From NCBI GenBank assembly GCA_973895155.1, contig OZ316894.1:10154379-10218378 (forward strand): DNA of 64,000 nt. Direction: 5' to 3'. The notes beneath the pieces are model-generated. The model searched no databases, had not been told where the DNA came from, and saw nothing but the letters and a program-made list of their open reading frames with translations. A program made the translations under genes and the position numbers. Shown here in pieces: positions 25,806-37,753 of the stretch (position 1 is the first letter of the stretch; every line of letters begins with the position of its first letter). The stretch comes from Marsupella aquatica (taxonomy: Eukaryota > Plantae > Marchantiophyta).

Positions 25806-27430
25806 GTTGTGGGATATGGAGGAGATGTATGGGGCCACGAAAGGGCCGAGGAGATACTCTGGTGCAGTTGGCACGATTGATTTGGATGATTTCATCCAAG
25901 AGTTTGATACGTGGTGTGATATGCAGACAATGCGTAATGTCACATTGTTCACACCTTTCATGGCTTGGAAAGGGTTGTTTCAGCATTTGGAGGGGCCACC
26001 CATGGATGACTACCATGAGTTTCGAAAGGCTCATTTAGTGGATATTAAAGCATGGAGACAGCATTGGTCACCAAACTATGTGTCCATCACTTATGGCACA
26101 AGTGCGGTTGCCCAACCCATTGCTACAGTTGCAGTTTCTTCTAGCAGCACTAGCCAGAGTGGCACTCCATCAGCATCCACCCTCGGGGGTTTCACTTCCA
26201 CAAAAATGGCATATCACGTGCGACAAAGGATAGGGTCATTTTATTGATTGTAAGGGAAGACTTAAGAATTTTTGTAGAAGAACAATAGGGTCTTTTAAAT
26301 TCAATTTTGAGACTTATAAGAACATTAGGGCCTTTTTAATCCAATTTTTGGAATATTCCAAGAATATTCCAACTTTATAGGGGTTAAAAAATAATATTTT
26401 TTTCTTACATTTAGGGGGTCCAAGGCCTAAAAACGTCGCAGGTGATGGGGAGGTCCCCATGTAGTGAGACCCCCGAGCATCCACCGCTACTCCTACCTAT
26501 GTGATTGTGGCTGGGAGTGGAGTTGCACCAACATTTAACCCTTTGATGAAGTTCTTTGAAGTATTGAAGCAGAACTACCAGGGTGTGAGAACCGATAAGT
26601 TGAAGGGTCTTAAGGAGTTCCAGCACAAGACTGGAGAGAGCCTACGTGAGGCATACACTCGTATGCAAAGATTGATTACGGTCACACAAGGAGTGACAGA
26701 GGCCCAAGCGGTCCAATTTTGGTATGCAATTCTAGATAGGGGTTGCGTCGTAGAGTGAGAGATGCCACTCTATTGAGGGATTCACATCCCACATTGGCTA
26801 TAGTTTTTGCACTTGCTGAGCGCATTGAGCTCAATATGGTGAATGAGAAGGTGGTGACTTCCGGATTTTCCAAGGAAGCACCAAAGGTTGCATCGATGCC
26901 CACACTGCAACCTACTGCACGTAAGAGCCAGAGAGAGAAGCCTACAACACGGGAATCTACTAGTCAGAGACCTGTGCCTTCTTATGCTGGACAACAATCA
27001 AGATGTTGGACTTGTGGTGGGGATCATGCACAAAGATATTGCCCAGATAATAGGGGGCAAGGAGGGGCATCTACACCCGATCAACGACAATGTGATCATT
27101 GTGGAGTTGCTGGACACACCAAAGATAGGTGTTTTGTCCTTCATCCTGAACTACGACGGGGAGGACCACGTGCGTATGATCAGGGAAGAGGAGGTAGAGG
27201 TGGTGGACGTGGTCGAGGCATGCCACATGCAGGAAGATAGAGAGGTGATGTTGCTCCTACCGTTACCACAGATCCTAAGGATGCAAAGATTGCTCAATTG
27301 GAGCAACAACTAGCTGCAATGGCTAGTTCTCAAGTTAGACCTACTGCTAGTGATGGGGCTTCTACATCCTATGGAGCTTCAACCTCTTATGGAGCTGATG
27401 GAGATCTGCCACCATGGGATTTATGTGTGG
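25806..27430 (+). pseudogene. gag of the DNMT-Gypsy (interrupted by a MITE, frameshifts and stops)
   Basis: YSGAVGTIDLDDFIQEFDTW, FQHKTGESLREAYTRM, and two zinc knuckles CWTCGGDHAQRYC and CDHCGVAGHTKDRC. Confidence 0.8.
26182..26477. mobile_element. 296-bp MITE with 15-bp TIRs and 8-bp TSD (hAT- or P-type)
   Basis: CTCGGGGGTTTCACT ... AGTGAGACCCCCGAG (14/15 match). TSD CATCCACC at 26174-26181 and 26478-26485. Removing it restores the gag frame. Confidence 0.92.
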
Positions 27431-27949
27431 CACTGCGCATGTTGATGCATCAGTAGCTTTGACTCGAGGAGCAGTTAAAGCCCTTGAGCCACGAGGAGCA
27501 ATGGTAGAATTGGATCCGTAGAGAGGGAATCTTTGTCGTCAAACGAAGCTTCCCCAATCGTTTACATTGTTAGAGGCAGTTCAAACTACCTCTATGAACC
27601 CGATTCGGACTAACCTAGGTGGGGGTAAGTTGGCGGATTCAAGTGATGTTGTGACACGGATGACAAGTACCCTGTTGGGGGCGGCCACTAGTATAGTGCG
27701 CACGCCATTATTTTCAGCTACGGATATGTTGACATTGGGAGTTAGTCCAGTAGAGGTATTCAGGTTGGCGGCCACATTATGCGAGAACACTCCAGCAGTT
27801 GCTTCGCGTGTAGAAGCAATGCCCAATTCTGAAGCAGCGGAGTTGAATCCACCTATTGCCAGTAATGAAACATGGCATGCAGCAGCATCGAGGTTGATAG
27901 ATTTACCAGCGCGCCCTGCTTATGAGAGGACTAGGTTTAAACCTAGCGT

Positions 27950-28350
27950 CATATCATTGGATAATCGGAGTGGTATCTTCCGATTAGTTGGGCCTTCTAG
28001 AGCAATATACCAGCCAGAGCGAGTGTTACTGGATACTGGTGCTCAGCCCTTGATGTTGGGTAAGTCTACGATAAGAGGATTGGGATTGCGTCCTGATGAT
28101 TTGGAGGAGTGTCCCTTTCCCATTCAGACTTCATTGGGAGGACCTACACCCACACAGCATATCACTCGACGAGTGTCTTGAACTTAGGATTCAAGAGGAT
28201 CATTCAAAGGATAACTCACGGATCCAGGCTTGAGCTATTTTGACTAAGGTTGAGTCATATGATGTCTTGGTGGGATGTACAGTTCTCTATCCTATGGGAT
28301 GTGTTCTTGATTTTTGGAATGAATCGGTGTCGTACCGACCCGATTGGCAA
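27950..28350 (+). pseudogene. Aspartic protease of the DNMT-Gypsy
   Basis: RVLLDTGAQPLMLG and YDVLVG motifs. Confidence 0.8.
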
Positions 28351-28734
28351 TCTGGAGATGCTCGATTGAGCCAATTGCCAGTGCAATTTAGTGGACCTGT
28401 TGGAGGCCCCAAATTTGCACCATTGTCTTTGGCAGCATTCAGTAGTTTGATTATTGGAGCTGATGATTTGATTGAGGGTAACGCACATGCAGCAGATGTT
28501 CCTACAGTGGAGGAGACACATGAGGAACACTTGATGCATGGATTTCCCGTTGATAGTGTTGTGACACCAGTATGGGGTACTGGACAGGCCTTGCCACAAA
28601 GTGCAGCCCGATTGATACATGATGCATGGCGTCATGCTTTTACACCGCAATCAGGAGTAGAGCAGTCAACTGCAAATGGACCAGTGACTCTTTCACCACT
28701 GGATACTACTCCTATTGCATGGCAATATCCACAT

Positions 28735-29700
28735 GAGGTTATTTGTTTGTTGGATTTATTTGGTGGAATTAGCACTGGATTGGCTGTCGTTCTTCAAGCC
28801 GGCATTCCTGTGCGCCGTTATTTGTATGTGGAGACTGATGAGACAGCACGTAGAGTCTCATTACATCATTGTTGGTCGAACGTTACCCACAGTTGTTACC
28901 AGTGGATGCCGTTCGTGGTTATCAGCATGCATTGCCAGCTGATATTTCATTGTTGGGGGTGGATCATTTGGATCGCGTTGGCCCCATTGATTTGGTGATT
29001 GCACATTGGCCATGTCAGGGTCAATCTAGAGCTGGAGTTGGACATGGACTTCATGATCCAAGATCTGCATTGTTTTGGGAGATGTTACGGGTGTTGCGTC
29101 ATCTTCAGTTGCATCAGACACATTCCCCTGCCTACATTTTGGAGAATATACCATTATTGGGTGATGATCGTCATCGACTTGTTGCCAACGTTCATCAGGT
29201 TAAGTCTTGGATTGGACCTACTGTGTTATTGGATGCTGCACGTGTGGGTTCTCGTGCACATCGTCCACGCTTGTGATGGACTAATTTGTTACCTTGTGAG
29301 GTGTTGAAGCGAGCATTTGATAGCATTCCTCGCTCAGCAGCCTTGGTGGTGGATGATATTTTGGATCCAGGGCGTCGTGCACAAGGTGTGACCCAGCCTG
29401 ACAGACCTCCATTGGCAGTGGTCAATGTAGTTGGTCGCCCACGTTGTGCATTACCCACTTTTGTAAGTCATTCTGCTTCATATGCATTCAAAGCAGGTGG
29501 GTCTGGACTTGTCTGGGATACAACTTTACAGCAGTTAGTGGAACCTACTGCTGATGAAAGAGAGCGTGCTATGGGATTTTTGACTGGCACTACTGCGGTT
29601 GCCTCTGTGTCAGAGAGTTCACGCCGCCAAGTCCTTGGTCAAGCCATGGATTTGAATTGCTTGACTTGGATTATCAGCTTGGGATTAGCTGAACAATTGC
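28735..29700 (+). pseudogene. C5-cytosine DNA methyltransferase domain, DNMT3-like, within pol
   Basis: Motif I LLDLFGGI, II YVETD, III DI, IV DLVIAHWPCQ, VI ILENI, VIII AHRPRL*WTNL, IX ERERAMGF, X LGQAM. Frameshift at about 28870 and TGA at 29274. Confidence 0.9.
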
Positions 29701-29899
29701 GGATGCGCTCTTTTGGTGTTACTGATCGTCCATTGGTGAGCTTGCGGTCTACTGAGACAGTAGCGACCATAGCTAGGGGCGAGCAGATAATCCATGGACC
29801 TATGGCAGGATTGGCCAAGGCAGGTGAGATTGTTGAGCAGGTTGGGACTGCTCAAATTGTTGCTAAATAGCAACCACCGACTATCTTTTCAACCCTGAA

Positions 29900-30380
29900 G
29901 GAAGACATCACAGCTTTGATGGAGAGTTGGGAGCCACAAATTGGCCCTAAGTTGATAGGGGGTGAGAGACGTCGAATGCATCAATTCTTGAAGAGTTACT
30001 GGAATTGTTTTGCATTTAGCATGAATGATTTGGGAACATTGAAGGGCCTTGGTATTGAAGGGCCTTGGCTAGTGATGCGCCAATCTTTCGACGACCATAT
30101 CGATATAGTGATATGGAGAGGGCATTGATCCAGAGTAGAACTCAAGATTTGTTGGAAGCTGATTTGGTGGAGATTTCATACGGAGAGTATGCATCTGCCA
30201 CAGTGATGCCAACCAAGAAGGATGTGCATGGCAATTACATGGATAGGCGAATGTGAGGTGATTATCGGCCTATTAATCATCAGAAAAAATCTGATCGATA
30301 TGCCATGCCCACACCGGAGGAGATCTTTGATGCAGTGGGGCATGCAAGGATTTTTAGTTTGTTGGACCTCAGGGCGGGGT
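29900..30380 (+). pseudogene. RT N-terminal part of the DNMT-Gypsy
   Basis: PIFRRPYRYS, YASATVMPTKKD, RM*GDYRPIN, DRYAMPTPEEIFD, FSLLDLRAG. Confidence 0.9.
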
Positions 30381-31289
30381 CCCTGGGCCCCCAGCCTTTG
30401 TATTGATAAGGGGTATACGTGCGTACAACCCCTTACCACATACCCCTTATTATTTTTGGTCACTGATAGATATAGCTCTTGTTATTCTTAAAAACTTAAT
30501 TTTAGAGAATTTAAAAGTCCCTTGCAAAAATTATAAATGTATCATTAATCGCATTTAAAAAGGTCTTAAAATATAATAAATTTGAGAAAAATATTGAAAA
30601 ATATACAAAACTCATTAAAGGTATACCATAGAAAAATAGGTATCTCTATATAAAATAGTGTTGGAATGGAGAAGAAGACTCAACTTTAACACATATAAGA
30701 GTGTCTTCTTATGTTCTAGCACATGTAAGAGTGCTTCACTATCACATGCAACAGTGATTACAAATCTATCTATTGTCTATAAGAGCATATATGTAAAAGT
30801 ACTTATACAACTATTTTCTAATAATTTTATAAAAGCACTATTTCTAGAAAACATTTTGCTGTAAACATGTAAGAGTGTTTGCAGAAGTTCTCAACTAAGA
30901 GGCCGGGCACACATGTAAGTTTAGTGCATACAGAACAAGTTTAGTGTATACAGAACTCCTATCAGAACTAAGAGAACACTCTGAAATTTATATGTCCTCC
31001 TCTTGTCTTCCATCTTCAAAAGATCTTGTCTTCCTTCTTCAAAAGATCCTGAGTGAACACAATCAAAAAAATTTACATTAAAAACAGTAATGATTTGTCC
31101 AAATTAAACTACTATGTGGAGTAGTATGTAAGCCCCTAATGAGCATATGTTTTAATGTGTCATATCAAATGGGATATCAAATTGTTCACAAAAGCAAACA
31201 AGATCTTAAGCACTTGCCTTAGAAAAAATCTTGTCTTCTTGCATGGCTGAATTCTCAAAATATCACCATTTACCCCTCTGTTGTACCAA

Positions 31290-34200
31290 TCACGTATGGG
31301 CTTTAGCAAAATCATCCAGCAAATTTGCATCAGCAGGATGCAAATGAAAAACATTTGGAGTTGTGGGATTCACTGATAGTGTCACGTTTGATATCACACA
31401 ATCCAAATCGATCCACTGAGGATCACAAACATTGTAAGCAAATCTGTGCTTACTATTTCCAATCCTTGAAAACCATTCAAAACGAACTCTTACAGCTTCT
31501 TCATCGCCAGGCCTATCAAGTAAATCCACTGATTGTCTTGTTCTACCCATCACCCGACCCTGATATTTTTGTTGGATGCATTGTACCCTCCCTATCCACC
31601 AAGTGTACTTAAGGGTATCAGGTACTGTGGTAACGTTCACAGGTTCTCCCCTTGGCTTTTTTGGATTGGGAGCAGAAGATCCATTTGTTGTCCCACATTC
31701 TTTCCTTGCTCTTTTCCCTTTCATGGCAGTATAGCCTCAGTGGCTCTTGTGGCCCGAGTCTGTACTGTTGTATCAGCAAAGAGAACTCCACAATCACTAC
31801 CCACAGTCATGAACATGGTGACTGCTCCTGCTCGATCTGTGGGTGCATCAACTAAATTGTTGAAGTACAAGCTCTGTTTCACTCGAGTCAAACGATCTTT
31901 ACTTACATTGGGGTTACCAACTAGTTGACTTACCAATGTGCTCTTGTATATGGTCCGACCGTCATAACTCACAGTTGGTCTGATGTCAAGAACAGGTTGT
32001 CCATACACCAAGTCTGAATGCATTTCAGACATAACAGCAGAACAGTGATCTCCTACTATTGCAATGCTTGGCCTTTCACTATCTTCAATGATCTCACTAC
32101 CTTTTGCCATTGCAATATCAGCTGGAAGTGCTGGGATGGTTACATTAGCTGCAATTTGCCTGATCTCCCCGCCTGATTCTTCATCATCACTATCAACAGG
32201 TGCAAGATCCTCCACCTTAACATCACACCATCCTCCAAACTTGGACCCTTTTTTTCAGTAATCCAAGGTGATTCCCACCATACTTTATCCCTACAAGATG
32301 TAGATGGATTCATCTGCAACTCGATTCCTACAGTCTGGGCTAATAATAACCCTTCTTTCAGGGCCATCACAACTTCCTCATTGGTTTCAATACTTGTGTA
32401 GTCTACAGGATTAACAGAAGTACCAACTTGTACCGGTACCAGATGCAATTTCATCCAAATATTGCAATGCTTCTTGTGACTTTTTCTAGCCCCTCTGATC
32501 CCTTTGCTGAGATCCATTGCAGCCAACCTATTCAGAGATGTTGCACAGTCAATCAACTCAGAGAAATCGTAACTACGCTCATTCCCTTTCATTCCTCCTA
32601 CTTTGGAGAAAAACTTTTCACATGCATCAGATCCTGTCAAATGCAATGGCACATTTGGCAAATGTCTGAAATTATCCCTAAATTGGATAATTAGAAGTAC
32701 TATAAAGTGCACAGACATCTGAATGTCAAGAAACGTCTGCATAGGGACACAACTCACAGTAAAGTTGATTGTTGTTGTGTTACCTCCAACACCATGATTT
32801 CCATGAAAACACCATAGTCGCCAAAGGCGGAAAAAGAAACTAACTTTGGCACAGAGCACAACTCGCTCTCTCAAGGTGAGACAAGGATTCATAAAGATAT
32901 CCAAGTAATCACCACATATTGTGAGATACATCTCAGTCCCCAGAGTTCGCTCAACTCTTGCATCTTTCCTTTCACGAAGCATTCTTAGTGCCTTCACAAC
33001 TTTTCTACTACATAGTCGTTGTGCACTAGCCCAATTCTGTCTATCATTCCGTGTAACATCACCTTTGTTCAACCCATGATCCAAGTTGCTATATAAACGT
33101 TGGAGAGTGTCCAAGTTACTGATTCCAGCCACCTCTGTTCCGAGCTTCAAAGTTCTGGCAGCAGAATCAAGTGGGTTTATTAACTTCTTTCCATTGTGAA
33201 TGTTATCCTGATCATGTAACCCAACAGCATGTGTATGACGTCCATTGGTAGTGAATGAGTGGCTCAATAGCCAACCTTCCCATCTCAGATTTTGTCTTGG
33301 CCCTTGATATGAGCTTTGACCAGTGTAGTCTTCCAGCATCAGCTTCCTCCTTCGTGCATCTCCATCACTAGCATGACCCAAGAGAGGACCAACTGAGTCT
33401 AGACAATATTTAGCCCACAGTGTGTCTGTGGACTTCCATTGTTGATTGACAAAATCTGCAGTAAACTTACCGCATGTACTCATAGCTACCATGCAAAATT
33501 TAGGAAATCTTTCTGCAAGAGGATTTACTACTATACATCTGGCCTGGTTTCCAATTTTGTAATTCTCAAAGGTATCAGTGATTTTGCTGAAACCTTCCTC
33601 TCCTGCTCCAACCTTTATTGTCAAGCCAACCACACATTGATGATCCTCTTTCAACCCACAAAACCCCAATAATGTGTCATGTTTTGGTTGCCATCTGCAA
33701 CACAGCCATCCACAATAGTGGTCAGCCACAAACCTACTGGGGAGAGGGATAATAGACAAAAATTTGCTACAGTTTAGGGTATTGTCAGGGAAATGAAATC
33801 ACCTGACTGTCCGCTTAAGACATGTCTCATCTTCTGCCAAATAGCATGGCACAGGACCTGTGATCCCCATCCTCTGCTTTAGTTGAGAGTATACAGCAGC
33901 AACAAACTTGAACTGGTCAGCATGTAAACCAGGCCTAAATACAGCCATGGCCCTCCTGTCTCGTTGAAGGGTGTTCAGGCTAGGGCCTAATGCATTACTT
34001 TGCAAGCAGTCCACTACACGCCTGCCACCGTGCTGGAACAATATCTGGGAAAGAAGTTTAGTGCCAGGCCGAAAGGTGTTTCCTTCTTTCTTCCTATTAA
34101 GGTTTGCAGCTACATCTCACAACAAGTCCCATAGGGCCTCTCTCCCACCAAATGCACCACGCTGGTGAGCCAAGACTATGTCATTGCAGAACTTGTATAG

Positions 34201-34670
34201 GTCTTTCCTATTTCCAGACTCTTTGCAAAGATCTCTCAAAGTGGGGACTCGGGCTCCCAGCATGCACAGGCGGTGCTGCTGAGCTCTGAGACGTTTTTTG
34301 AGAGATGAAATGTTTCTCTTGTAAGTTTTGGCTTGTTCTTGGATCTCAGGAATTGTGAGATATGCCAACCGTCTACCCCTACCGGTTCCTCGAGTACCTC
34401 TTTTCTCTACTGCAATGTCCTCTCTAAAGGCTCTTAAACGAAAATCACCCATCCTTGCAATACTGTAACATTCTTCACAAGTCAGATCCTGAAAACCACC
34501 AAGAAGTCGTGATGCTCTACTACAGTTCACATGCCTGAATAGTCCTTCTACCAAACAAGATTCTTGGCCTAGAAGACACCACACCTCTGCCTTTACCCCT
34601 GGCTCTGAGTACCATGCTCCGTCAACCTTTGGCTGATCTAATAGGATATCCTTGATAGGCCTGATTACTG
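31290..34670 (-). pseudogene. P-like DDE transposase, 3' part, with BAH-like C-terminal domain
   Basis: YLAEDET, GHASDGD, DNIHNGKK, DRQN..SAQRL and GSDACEKFFSKV follow the D..D..H..E pattern of P-type transposases. Intron at about 33694-33802, in-frame TGA at 34117, frameshifts near 32215 and 31722. Tail WWIGRVQ...VRFEWFSR...WIDLDCVISNVTL. Confidence 0.7.
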
Positions 34671-36387
34671 TGTGGAAAGGAGACTTTTGCTGAAACACGA
34701 CCATAAGAGAAAAATCTGAATCGTTTCAAACTTTTTGAGCAAAAACGACGCTTTCTGAAGCGTCTACTTTCAATTTGGCGGTTAACTCACTTCAGTCTAA
34801 CTAAGGACGCTTTCTGAAGCGTCCCCAGTTACAAAGCCAATAAACCTCAAGACAGCTGAGGCGTCCATGTGTGCTGCCAACCAGATGCGACCCCCTTAAC
34901 CACGACGCTTTTTGAGCCGTCCTTCACCGATACCACGGAACAGAAGACGCTTCGTGAAACGTCTATTCGAACCAGACACCGGACGCTTTAAGACGCTTTC
35001 TGAAGCGTCCGCTAACCCCAAAGTCCGATGAGACGCTTTCTGAAGCGTCCACATGAGAAGTGACGCCTCGACTGTTCGGCCGTGTTCGAAGACAAAGCAG
35101 AATCGACGCTTTCTGAAGCGTCCGCCAAGACAGACTTCGCCGCTTTCTGAAGCGTCCCACCTGAAGGCCGGAAGACGGACGCCGCGACCAAACCCTCAAA
35201 ATTCAGCCGACGCTTTCTGAAGCGTCCATAAAAGTCCTTTGTAGTTTTGGACGCTTTCTGAAGCGTCCACTATGTTCCCAACACTTAGAAAAAGTTTCAG
35301 TTTTCGCACTTTTATAACACCGTGCCACTTTTACCGATTTATTTGAGGCACTTAGAGACCTCAGAAAAGTCTGAAACTTTACCAGCATAGAGATTATATG
35401 TAGTAGAGTACTCTAGAAAAGTCTCAGCTCATTCCGACTTTTAGTTTAGAAGTTAAAATTATATTAACACCACTGTTTATTAGTTTTACCGGAAAGCACC
35501 GACGCTCTACAAAGCGTCCACTAAGTCTCCAATGCATTTCTTTATTTCTTTTAGGATTGTCTTTTAGATATTTGAGGTTTGAAAAGTCATGCCTTTTCAG
35601 TTAAGGGAACCTTTACTTATAAAACCTCATGTTTTTTCCATTCGAAAGGAGGGGGGGACAATTCCAATCAGACTTCTGTTAGTTTCCCTCCTTCCATTTT
35701 AACAAGAGAAGTCTTGTATGGAAGTAAAACTTATGTTTGAATTTATGAATTCAAGAAATTTCTTGATACTTGAATTCAGTTACAAACTTCTGTGACTTAC
35801 ATTGAATTCACTGCTAGGCTTGCTTGAAGGGTCAAGATTCGCTAGCTAATTCAAGAGTTGTTGTTTGATATGTGAGAAGTAAAGTTTGGTTCTCAGAGTA
35901 TTCAGTACCGTTACTTTGTTTATGGAATATGATTTAGTGTTTGACGGAATTGCGTATCGCTGATGTCAAACCATGTTGCCGGCATCTTAAGTCATATCAT
36001 TACATTTGTAACCAGAGCAGTACTTGTTTAGCAAATTGGAAATTCCTTATCATGCAATTTTATTTAGTCAGGAGAGAAATTAGTGAGTTATGAGACTTGT
36101 TTTATGTCTATTCTAAGACCATAGTCCTTTTTGAAGGAGTGGCAATAGCTAATCAGAGTTTTCAGACCATAATTGACTCTCTCTTGACTCATAAGACAGA
36201 AGTTTATTTACTTTGGTGTTTTGTTTATTTGATCTTTTAGTGAGAAACAAGAAATCTATGTGCTGAGAGCTTTAGATTACTCAGAGAGATAAATTCATTC
36301 AATTCTTTCCAAATCTGTTCTTAAAGGGATCGTATTCCGAGTCTTTATGTAAAAAGTGTTCCTTTTTGTTCTTTTGGCTATACGACA
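34671..36387 (+). repeat. Athila-like 5' LTR
   Basis: TGTGGAAAGG...TACGACA. Confidence 0.96.
34747..35520. repeat. Array of palindromes GACGCTT-TCTG-AAGCGTC (about 11 copies incl. variants; repeated in the 3' LTR at about 46878-47650 and at 43887-44075)
   Basis: 18-bp motif with 7-bp inverted arms and irregular unique spacers. Confidence 0.9.
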
Positions 36388-36396
36388 TATGATTTT

Positions 36397-36414
36397 TGGC
36401 GCCGCTGCCGGGGA
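36397..36414 (+). promoter_or_regulatory. Primer-binding site, Athila type
   Basis: TGGCGCCGCTGCCGGGGA, close to the Athila PBS TGGCGCCGTTGCCGGGGA. Confidence 0.85.
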
Positions 36415-37345
36415 ACAGTATGGAATGGATTGATATCAAGGCAGTGAATGCCAACCGAGGAGGTTGAATTGGTCAGAAGGAGTTACTTAATGGAAGATTC
36501 AGGACAATGGCCAATTCAGGTGCTGGAGGTTCGACCCTTCACCCTAGCAAATGCCCCGGAAGCTTTCCGGGAGATGATGAGGGAGGAAGCTCCTTAATAG
36601 GAGAAGGAGAAGGAAGGAAATTAAGGCCAAAAAGGATAGCCTCAAGGGTGCTTGATTTCCATGTGAAGAAAGAGATTTCTGTGTGTAGGAATCGAGATTA
36701 AGATAATCAGTGGATTATAGGCGAAGTTTGGAAAGAGTTTTACCCTTTTTATTGAAGAGATCAATTTGTTTAGGATAAGTGTTAGAGCCAATGCTAAAAA
36801 TTATTGAGATACTTAGGCTATAAGCCAACCTTAGGGGTGGAGGATTCTTGAAGAATGCCCCCACCCATTAGATCATTAGGCTCCCTACGAGTTAGGAATT
36901 TGCATAATCAATATGTGCAAACATGGGTGTTAAGTGTGAGGGGTAGAAGGGGAGTTCATTGGCTGTCCATAATATGGTGGGAAGGTTTGAATTTGCATTT
37001 GGTAATGCTGAGATTAAATGGTAGGATTACTCAGGAGAGATATACTGTAATTTCTATTTCGGAATTGGCTAGTACAATGCTTCAAGGTGAAATGGGGCCC
37101 AATAGGAGGATGAGATAGGAAGTGCTGCGGTAAACCTAGCCAAAGAAGGATATGAAGAGGGGTCAGGAGAAGATCTCCAAGGCATTGAATGGGTTTCCAG
37201 ACACTTTGGATTCCCAAGAGTTGAATGGACATACCTGTTCGAATCCCTCGACACAAGGTGCAAGAGGCATGCCCCTTGGGAAAAGCCAAGGTGACCGCTT
37301 CCATCTGTAGTGGGTGTTTTCTCAAAATTTGAGTGGCATTGAAAG

Positions 37346-37699
37346 ATGCTTGTAATCAAAGCTACCATGCATCCCTCCAATGTGTTCACAAGAGCCATCC
37401 AAAGTTCTTTTGAATCTCAGGTGAGATTGGCGGGATACCTGATTAAGGAAGTTTCAATAGACAGGGGCTCTCGAATTAATTTGCTTTCTATTCGTTTGGC
37501 TCAGAATCTGGCTCTCGCACCAATTTTACCAACTTACACACAGTTCTGGATCAATGGCCAATTGATTAAACCTGTGGGGGAGATGAGGGTAGTACCTATT
37601 CAAATTGGTGATCGCCTGTACCACCTGGATTTCTTCATAATGGGGCCTCATGAATCACATCTTCCTTCAATACTTCTGAGTACGACCTGGATTCAGTAA
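37346..37699 (+). pseudogene. Extra retropepsin-like ORF upstream of gag
   Basis: EVSIDRGSRINLL...IKPVGEMRVVPIQIG...LDFFIM...SILLSTTWI parallels the element's own protease (VPVDGGSSVNLM...VLLGRPWL). Confidence 0.6.
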
Positions 37700-37753
37700 T
37701 GTAGCAAGACAATTAACTGGGGAGAGAAGTTTTACTATTGCTAAGAATGAGGT

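Noticed and set aside
28735-29700. Host DNMT3/DRM gene or bacterial restriction-modification methylase
   Set aside because: It is intronless, embedded between retroelement protease and RT, and has no partner nuclease.
34747-35520. CRISPR array (palindromic repeat with unique spacers)
   Set aside because: The repeat is only 18 bp, the spacers are very irregular, there are no cas genes, and it lies inside a eukaryotic LTR duplicated at both ends.
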